Shown piece after piece: positions 33,381-39,296 of a DNA stretch of 39,296 nucleotides. The DNA lies in the IMG/VR virus record IMGVR_UViG_2541047784_000014. One strand, given 5' to 3'. Each line of letters begins with the position of its first letter. The first letter of the stretch is position 1. A program made the translations under genes and the position numbers. The notes under the pieces are model-generated. The model made no database searches and was not told where the DNA came from. It was given only the letters and a program-made list of their open reading frames with translations. Origin of the DNA: a virus. Lineage: Duplodnaviria; Heunggongvirae; Uroviricota; Caudoviricetes.

Positions 33381-33965
33381 ATGAAAAGTATCCAGGACGT
33401 CCGCAGGCAAAATCTCAACGACTTGATCGACCGTGAATTCAATGGTGTTCAGACGCGGATGGCAGAAAAACTTGGAACTCAGGCAAATCTGGTAAACCGC
33501 TGGGCTCTTGGCAAGAAGGTTATCGGCGACCAGGTTGCGCGAAAAATTGAAGCTGCCGCCAATAAACCCCGTAACTGGCTTGATATCGATCGCTCGCTTT
33601 CTCAGGAAGGTTTTCAGCCTGTCGGCCCAAGCGACATTGGTCAGCTGGCGGCTCACAACCTGGAACGCTGGATGAGCGAAAGCCGCGACCTTTCAACGCA
33701 GGGAAAACTTCACCGCGCATCCGGCGTCGCCCAGGTGACAATCAGTCGCCTGTTAAACAATGAGGTCAGCGTTTCCATTTCCACCCTGGAGAATGTTGCA
33801 TCCGCATTCGGGCGTCACGGATATGAACTACTGATTCACCCGCACGACCCTGCGACTATCAACTATGACCGCTCGCGCTACGCATTGTTACCCGAAACCG
33901 AGAAAGCAAAGATCGAAAGTTACATTGAATTTGTCATCAACCAGAACGAAAAAAGCAAACAATAA
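33381..33965 (+). CDS. Repressor-like protein with two predicted HTH regions and no recognisable S24 peptidase domain
   Basis: HTH-like segments near residues 25-45 and 115-135; no Ala-Gly/Ser-Lys autocleavage signature seen by eye; cI-like position; followed by a strong terminator. Confidence 0.7.
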   Translation: MKSIQDVRRQNLNDLIDREFNGVQTRMAEKLGTQANLVNRWALGKKVIGDQVARKIEAAANKPRNWLDIDRSLSQEGFQPVGPSDIGQLAAHNLERWMSESRDLSTQGKLHRASGVAQVTISRLLNNEVSVSISTLENVASAFGRHGYELLIHPHDPATINYDRSRYALLPETEKAKIESYIEFVINQNEKSKQ

Positions 33966-33986
33966 AACTATATTTTTCAGTAAGTA

Positions 33987-34009
33987 AGCCGCCTCATGGC
34001 GGCTTTTTT
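33987..34009 (+). terminator. Rho-independent terminator after the repressor-like gene
   Basis: Hairpin AGCCGCC-tcat-GGCGGCT followed by TTTTT. Confidence 0.8.
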
Positions 34010-34021
34010 ATTGCCAGATAG

Positions 34022-34038
34022 ATTACCTTACGGGTAAT
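34022..34038. promoter_or_regulatory. Dyad operator-like site ATTACCTTACGGGTAAT
   Basis: Perfect arms; upstream of a TTGACA hexamer (34057-34062) at the head of the + strand early operon (pL-like position). Confidence 0.5.
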
Positions 34039-34083
34039 TTTTTTAACTCATATCTATTGACACCAAACCAAATAAGCATAATT

Positions 34084-34100
34084 ATTACCTCAACGGTAAC
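34084..34100. promoter_or_regulatory. Dyad operator-like site ATTACCTCAACGGTAAC
   Basis: Second site of the pL-like region, about 20 bp downstream of TTGACA. Confidence 0.45.
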
Positions 34101-34118
34101 AGACCGAGGTAACAAGTT

Positions 34119-34271
34119 ATGCAGTGGAAAATCATCAACGGTTGGTACTGCGTTACTGCATGCGGATTCATGAGCTGGAAGTTCCGCACCTTACAGGAAG
34201 GCATTAAGTGGGCTTTCGTCAGCAAAGAAGCTCGCGATGTAGCCAACGATAATGAGATATGGGAGGGCTGA
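34119..34271 (+). CDS. Small ORF (50 aa), first gene of the early + strand operon
   Basis: ATG with GAGGTAAC 7 nt upstream; hydrophobic/aromatic, Cys-containing N-terminal half; stop 2 nt before the next start; below the ORF-track size cut-off. Confidence 0.4.
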   Translation: MQWKIINGWYCVTACGFMSWKFRTLQEGIKWAFVSKEARDVANDNEIWEG

Positions 34272-34273
34272 TA

Positions 34274-34573
34274 ATGAACGTTAATCAGCAGAAAAATCTT
34301 CAAAAAATCATGCTGGCATTCGACAAGGACTACCGCCTGTCAGAACAGCTATATGACCGACAAGTTGAACTGATTGAGAGCATCCGACTTCATCAACTGT
34401 CCTCAACTTTCGACGTTGTAACAGGCAAAGGCGTTCGTCAGGAAGTGCTGGAGGCTGCTAAAGACAGCCCTGAGTTCGAAGAACTGATGGATGCCTACCG
34501 GCGCGAGGCAATGGCAATTATAGCGCGCTGGGATCTGGCGGATCAGCTTGATGGGCAGAGGGACGCGGCATGA
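34274..34573 (+). CDS. Hypothetical early protein
   Basis: Start set at the ATG (MNVNQQ...) preceded by GGGAGGG; stop overlaps the exonuclease start. Confidence 0.6.
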   Translation: MNVNQQKNLQKIMLAFDKDYRLSEQLYDRQVELIESIRLHQLSSTFDVVTGKGVRQEVLEAAKDSPEFEELMDAYRREAMAIIARWDLADQLDGQRDAA

Positions 34574-35469
34574 TGCGGAACGCTGGAATCATGGATAGAA
34601 CAAAATACATCGGAGGAAGCGATGTTGCAGGGATTCTTGGAATTAGCCCATGGCGCACCCCGCTTGAGGTTTATCTGGATAAGGTCCAGCCACGTGTCAA
34701 ACCAGTAGACCAAAGCAAGCAGAAAGTTTTCACGCGTGGCCAGCGTATGGAGCCATACGTAATAGACCTGCTTTCTGAGGAAACAGGGATGGAAATCGTT
34801 CATCGCGGAAACCGCTATATCCACCGTGATTACGATTTTATTGCAGCTGAGATCGATGCAGAAGCAGCGTCAGGCGAGAACATTGAGATCAAAACAGTTA
34901 GTCCGTTCAAGGCCAAAGAATGGGGAGAAATCCAGACAGATGCAATTCCTGTGCATTACACGGCCCAGGCCATGCACGGGTTGATGGTTACAAACAAACA
35001 GGTATGCGTTTTCGGTGTGCTTATCGGTGGCGACGACTTCCGAATCTATCGGGTTGAGCGTGATGAAGAAACTATCCAGGCGATCTTAGAAAAAGAAATC
35101 GCTTTCTGGGACCGAGTGAAAAATCTTAACCCGCCGGAAGCTACCAGCGTAAGCGATGTATCGCTGATGTTTGAGAAAGATGCCGGGACAAGTATCGAGG
35201 CTGACGGAAAGGCACTCGCACTATTCAACGATCTACGAGACATGAAATCACGCAGAAAATCACTGGAAGAAGAAATAGCTATATCAGAAGAGAAGCTGAA
35301 GATGTACATGCAAGAGCACTCAGTCCTGACCCTGGACGGAAAGCCGCTCTGCACATGGAAATCTCAGATCAGCAACAGATTCGACCAGAAGCTATTCCAG
35401 TCAGTACACCCTGAGTTATTCGAAAAATTCAAAACAACAACGACACAACGCGTCTTCAGAATGAAGTAA
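34570..35469 (+). CDS. YqaJ-like recombination exonuclease
   Basis: N-terminal IGGSDVAGILGISPWRTPLEVY pattern of YqaJ/lambda-exonuclease-like proteins; immediately upstream of RecT. Confidence 0.8.
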   Translation: MMRNAGIMDRTKYIGGSDVAGILGISPWRTPLEVYLDKVQPRVKPVDQSKQKVFTRGQRMEPYVIDLLSEETGMEIVHRGNRYIHRDYDFIAAEIDAEAASGENIEIKTVSPFKAKEWGEIQTDAIPVHYTAQAMHGLMVTNKQVCVFGVLIGGDDFRIYRVERDEETIQAILEKEIAFWDRVKNLNPPEATSVSDVSLMFEKDAGTSIEADGKALALFNDLRDMKSRRKSLEEEIAISEEKLKMYMQEHSVLTLDGKPLCTWKSQISNRFDQKLFQSVHPELFEKFKTTTTQRVFRMK

Positions 35470-35478
35470 GGAGAAAAA

Positions 35479-36501
35479 ATGTCTATCAATGCACTTAAGG
35501 CAGCGGCTACCGGTAACCAAGTTGCACATCATAATGAGAAACCAACAACTCTGGCCGGACTTCTGGCAGACCCAAAAATTAAAGCTCAGATGGCTTTGGC
35601 ACTTCCAAAGCACATGACAGCAGACCGTCTGGCGCGCATAGCAACCACAGAGATCAGAAAGGTTCCAAAACTTGCATCATGCGACCAAGCCAGCTTCCTG
35701 GGGGCAATTATGCAATGTGCCCAATTGGGTCTTGAACCAGGCGGAGCTCTTGGACACGCTTACCTGATACCGTTCGACAAACGCCAGAAAGTAAATGGAA
35801 GATGGGAAACCGTATCTACAGAAGCACAGCTGATTATCGGCTATCGCGGAATGATTGACCTTGCCCGCCGCTCTGGGCAGATCCTGAGTATCTCGGCTCG
35901 TACCGTACATACAAACGACAAATTCAGCTACTCATACGGCCTGGAAGAAACGCTCGAGCATTTACCTTGCGAAACAGGTGACCGCGGAGAATTAACGCAC
36001 GTTTACGCCGTTGCACGACTGAAAGATGGCGGAGTCCAATTTGAAGTTATGAGCCGGGCAGACGTTGAGAAAGTTCGTGCACTGAGCAAAGCCGGTAGCA
36101 GTGGCCCATGGGTTGATCACTTCGATGAGATGGCTAAAAAAACAGTAATTCGCCGACTGTTCAAATATCTTCCTGTTTCTATTGAAATGCAGAAGGCTGT
36201 TGTTATGGATGAGCGCGCTGAAGCTGGACTTAGCCAAGATAACGCAGCTGTTATCACTGGTGAATATTCCGTAGTTGACGATGAGCGTCAACACCTGTCG
36301 CCAATTTCAGATTCAGAACGAGAAGAAGCTCGAGAATATATCATCGCGATACTTAATAGCCTGGATCCATCTGCTGAAGATGCAAAAACGATGTTCAAGC
36401 GCGCTGAAAATGAAATTAACACCATGGCTGAAAAGCTCGGTGATGAATATCACCAAAAATTCATGATGACGCTTAACGATATGCGTCCAGAATTCGAGTA
36501 A
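35479..36501 (+). CDS. RecT-like single-strand annealing recombinase
   Basis: 340 aa; AAGGAG RBS; paired with the upstream exonuclease as in Rac/lambdoid recombination modules. Confidence 0.75.
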   Translation: MSINALKAAATGNQVAHHNEKPTTLAGLLADPKIKAQMALALPKHMTADRLARIATTEIRKVPKLASCDQASFLGAIMQCAQLGLEPGGALGHAYLIPFDKRQKVNGRWETVSTEAQLIIGYRGMIDLARRSGQILSISARTVHTNDKFSYSYGLEETLEHLPCETGDRGELTHVYAVARLKDGGVQFEVMSRADVEKVRALSKAGSSGPWVDHFDEMAKKTVIRRLFKYLPVSIEMQKAVVMDERAEAGLSQDNAAVITGEYSVVDDERQHLSPISDSEREEAREYIIAILNSLDPSAEDAKTMFKRAENEINTMAEKLGDEYHQKFMMTLNDMRPEFE

Positions 36502-36550
36502 CCACCACCGCGGCGCCACGTGCGCCGCACTGCAACCAAGAGAGGTATTC

Positions 36551-36799
36551 ATGAAAGGTGCATTAGGTAAGAAAGAACTCCTGGCGGTGGTGCCACTGTC
36601 ATGGAGCACTATCGACCGTATGGAGCGCGCAGGGGAATTTCCTAAACGCTGGTATATCACCGATAAACGCTGCGCATGGAACCGTGATGAAGTTGAGCGT
36701 TGGCTTGATGAACGTCAGGCAGCAAGCCCGGCAGAGTTCCAGGGTAAAAAGCCTCCTGTTCAGCAACGTGTATATCGTCCCGTGAGCAACGCTGCATGA
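36551..36799 (+). CDS. AlpA-family HTH protein (putative excisionase or regulator)
   Basis: 82 aa; HTH core LSWSTIDRMERAGEFPKRWYITDKRCAWNRDEVERWL typical of AlpA/Xis-like proteins associated with P4-type integrases. Confidence 0.65.
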   Translation: MKGALGKKELLAVVPLSWSTIDRMERAGEFPKRWYITDKRCAWNRDEVERWLDERQAASPAEFQGKKPPVQQRVYRPVSNAA

Positions 36800-36908
36800 G
36801 TGCGCTGCTAAGGCACTGGAGCAAATGGTCAGGATGGTACTTATTCCTGGCCTCTGTTTCAGCATGGCTTTATCTGCTGGCATTAATTTTCAGAGAGGGT
36901 TGGATTAA

Positions 36909-37208
36909 GTGAGAAAGTTAAGCCGACTTGAAAAATATCACATGAATAAGGTTTCAATGCGCAGTCCGTCAAAGATTGTCGCCGTTACTCCTGCGGCGAT
37001 AGAGATCGAAAAACGCGCGATTGAAAGAGAGAAAAAAGGGCAATTCCGCATTGCCGCTCACCTTTGGCTTCAGTGTATGGATGTTGCTTCTGGTGATGTT
37101 GAACGTGCAAGGATCGCGGTTCGCAGGGACCAATGTATCACAAAAGGTAACGGCCTTCGCCGTGGCGACTATAGCGGCATAGGATGTTGTGGGGTGGTTT
37201 ATGACTAA
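36909..37208 (+). CDS. PerC-like putative transcriptional regulator
   Basis: Pattern KKGQFRIAAHLWLQCMDV...RRDQC resembles PerC-family proteins; start ambiguous (GTG 36909, ATG 36942 or 36957). Confidence 0.45.
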   Translation: MRKLSRLEKYHMNKVSMRSPSKIVAVTPAAIEIEKRAIEREKKGQFRIAAHLWLQCMDVASGDVERARIAVRRDQCITKGNGLRRGDYSGIGCCGVVYD

Positions 37209-37851
37209 GAAATACACACTAATCTATGCAGATCCACCCTGGGTATACCGGGACAAAGCCGCAGATGGTAATCGCGGTGCCGGTTTTAAATATCCGGTTA
37301 TGAGTGTGCTGGATATCTGCCGCCTTCCTGTGTGGGATTTGGCCGATGAAAACTGTCTGTTGGCCATGTGGTGGGTGCCAACACAACCACTCGAAGCACT
37401 AAAAGTTGTTGAAGCCTGGGGATTCCGTCTGATGACGATGAAGGGCTTCACGTGGATAAAATGTGGTAGTCGACAACCAGATAAACTGGTTATGGGTATG
37501 GGACACATGACTCGCGCCAATAGTGAAGATTGCCTGTTTGCGGTAAAGGGAAAACTACCTACGCGCATTAATGCAGGGATCGTTCAGTCATTTACCGCAC
37601 CGCGGCTTGAGCATTCAAGAAAGCCAGATATCGTTCGTGAAAAACTTGTGCAATTATTAGGCGATGTTTCTCGCATTGAACTGTTCGCCCGCCAGACGTC
37701 TCATGGCTTCGATGTTTGGGGTAATCAGTGCGAAGACCCGGCAGTGCAACTACACCCTGGATACGCGTTGGATATTGGCGGATTAACAAATGCATTCAGC
37801 AATGCTCCGCTGTCACCAACAGACATCCAGGGGCGGGAGCGTGCTGCATGA
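37201..37851 (+). CDS. DNA N6-adenine methyltransferase (orphan, phage Dam-like)
   Basis: N-terminal IYADPPW motif (DPPW catalytic signature); no adjacent restriction endonuclease gene seen. Confidence 0.8.
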   Translation: MTKKYTLIYADPPWVYRDKAADGNRGAGFKYPVMSVLDICRLPVWDLADENCLLAMWWVPTQPLEALKVVEAWGFRLMTMKGFTWIKCGSRQPDKLVMGMGHMTRANSEDCLFAVKGKLPTRINAGIVQSFTAPRLEHSRKPDIVREKLVQLLGDVSRIELFARQTSHGFDVWGNQCEDPAVQLHPGYALDIGGLTNAFSNAPLSPTDIQGRERAA

Positions 37852-38042
37852 ACAGGGCATCACCAGCAGATTTAAGAAAATGCCTTGAAACTGCAAACAT
37901 GCTTGCACACAGCGGGATCAGGTTTGTTCCAATTCCCGCTGTCACTGATGCTGAATTTGCAACACTGTCAGCAATATTCGAAAACAAAATTGAATCACTG
38001 GCAGCAGAAGCAGAGATGGAAGAAAATCAGCAGAACTATTAA
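37848..38042 (+). CDS. Hypothetical small protein (64 aa)
   Basis: ATG overlapping the methyltransferase stop (ATGA); stop lies 3 bp from the convergent integrase stop. Confidence 0.45.
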   Translation: MNRASPADLRKCLETANMLAHSGIRFVPIPAVTDAEFATLSAIFENKIESLAAEAEMEENQQNY

Positions 38043-38045
38043 ACG

Positions 38046-39296
38046 TTATTCCCCCGCCATCCACTTCTCAAACTTCGACGGGGAGAACGGAATCAGATCC
38101 GTATGCTCCCCGTCAATCCATGAATCAATCATATCGGCCCACTGCTGCAACATGTAGGCGCGCTGTCTGGCGTATTCCGCTTTGTTATATACGGCGCGCA
38201 CACCTTTCTGCTCATGTGCCAGAGCCTTTTCAATCCAGTCTGAAGGATAACCAGCCTCATGCAACAACGTACTGGCTGTACGGCGCATATCATGTACAGT
38301 GAAGTCCTGAATATGCTCACCATCTTCATTTATTATTTTCACCGTTCTGTCGATCAGAGAGTTCAGCGCGGCATTAGATAATGGCTTCCGGATATTGTAA
38401 CGACCAGGAACCAGATATTCACTTCCACCAGCGCACATCTGCAACCCGACCAATATATCCTGTGCCTGTTTAGGCAGGTAAATAACGTGCGCCCGGCTTC
38501 CCTTCATGCGGTCTGGAGGAATTGTCCATGTCCATTTTTTAAAATCTATTTCATCCCACGTTGCATTGGTGAATTCGCCCTTACGAACCATAGTGATAAG
38601 CACCAGTTTTAAAGCCATTTTCATAGTGCCCATAGCACCAATGGCATCCAGCGTGCGGAAGAACAGGCCAATTTCTTCTGGTGTCAGTGTTCGCTCTCGT
38701 GGTTTAAATATGGCGATAGACGAAGGTTTAATGTCAGCCGCAGGATTAAACAAACCATGACCACGGTCATTGGCGTGACGGTATACGCTACTGATGATCT
38801 CCCTGGCCTGCACTGCTGTTGCCCGGCCACCGCGTTCGACAATCCGGTCACACAAATCACGAACCATCGATGTGGTAATTTCAGCCATCATTTTATTGCC
38901 AAGAACCGGAAGTATGTCACGGTCGATCACCGCCTGTTTCATTGCGCGGGTACTGTCAGCCAGGATGACGTGTTTCATATAACTGTCGGTATGTACCGCA
39001 AACGTCTCGGCACCACGAATCTTTTTGATACCGTCACGTTTAGCCGCAGCCGGTGACTGGCCTGCTTTAAGCAGCTTCTTTGCAGCAATCAGTTCTTCTC
39101 GCGCTTCTGCCAGGCTGATACCGTCACGCCCATACTGCCCGATTACCAGTGTTTCGCGGCGACCGTTGATACGGTAGTCATAGCGAAACGAGACCGTGCC
39201 TGACGTAAGCACAGCTACATACAGCCCGTCACGATCGGAAACCTTGTACAGTTTGTCCTGCGGCTTGAGGTTTTTTAATTTTGTATCGGTAAGCAC
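38046..39296 (-). CDS. Tyrosine integrase, P4-type (N-terminus truncated by the window edge)
   Basis: N-terminal LTDTKLKNLKP..YKVSDRDGLYVAV...FRYDYRINGRR pattern of P4-like integrases and a C-terminal catalytic region (R...HDMRRT...H..Y); the ORF is open at position 39296. Confidence 0.85.
   Translation of the reverse strand: MLTDTKLKNLKPQDKLYKVSDRDGLYVAVLTSGTVSFRYDYRINGRRETLVIGQYGRDGISLAEAREELIAAKKLLKAGQSPAAAKRDGIKKIRGAETFAVHTDSYMKHVILADSTRAMKQAVIDRDILPVLGNKMMAEITTSMVRDLCDRIVERGGRATAVQAREIISSVYRHANDRGHGLFNPAADIKPSSIAIFKPRERTLTPEEIGLFFRTLDAIGAMGTMKMALKLVLITMVRKGEFTNATWDEIDFKKWTWTIPPDRMKGSRAHVIYLPKQAQDILVGLQMCAGGSEYLVPGRYNIRKPLSNAALNSLIDRTVKIINEDGEHIQDFTVHDMRRTASTLLHEAGYPSDWIEKALAHEQKGVRAVYNKAEYARQRAYMLQQWADMIDSWIDGEHTDLIPFSPSKFEKWMAGE

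Larger units (their letters stand above)
1164..39296. mobile_element. Integrated temperate prophage with T7-like virion module and lambdoid regulation; right end lies beyond the window
   Basis: Contiguous phage gene set from the lysis cassette to a tyrosine integrase; guaA-like core remnant at the left junction; integrase ORF runs off the right edge. Confidence 0.85.

Overview
The window is almost entirely one integrated temperate prophage (about 1165 to beyond 39296) in an Enterobacteriaceae chromosome, flanked on the left by two host genes that look like yfgH and yfgI. Nothing was run; all calls come from reading the sequence and the supplied ORF translations, and family assignments are from remembered motifs. 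At the left junction the minus strand encodes I-E-W-E-stop, which matches the GMP synthase (guaA) C-terminus, so the phage appears to be inserted at the guaA 3' end with a P4-type tyrosine integrase at the right edge (truncated by the window). The virion module follows T7 gene order (portal, scaffold, capsid, tail tubular A/B, internal virion proteins, tailspike), yet regulation, replication and recombination are lambdoid (Cro-like/repressor-like pair, O-like initiator with iterons, P-like loader, YqaJ exonuclease plus RecT). Lysis genes (two holin-like proteins, GH19 endolysin, Rz with embedded Rz1) sit after the tailspike. Strongest hunt results: a 17-bp dyad ATTACC-N5-GGTAAT at about twelve intergenic sites; a near-consensus LexA box in front of a small antirepressor-like gene next to a Bro-N antirepressor, paired with a repressor-like protein that has no recognisable S24 peptidase domain; a 12-bp palindrome GTGACATGTCAC found three times beside a terminator hairpin; a tRNA-Arg(UCU) unit transcribed antisense inside the late operon; and an AT-rich accessory island (6.1-9.7 kb) with an uncharacterised membrane-protein operon and a secreted Cys-containing protein that are the best candidates for an undescribed exclusion or defence function.
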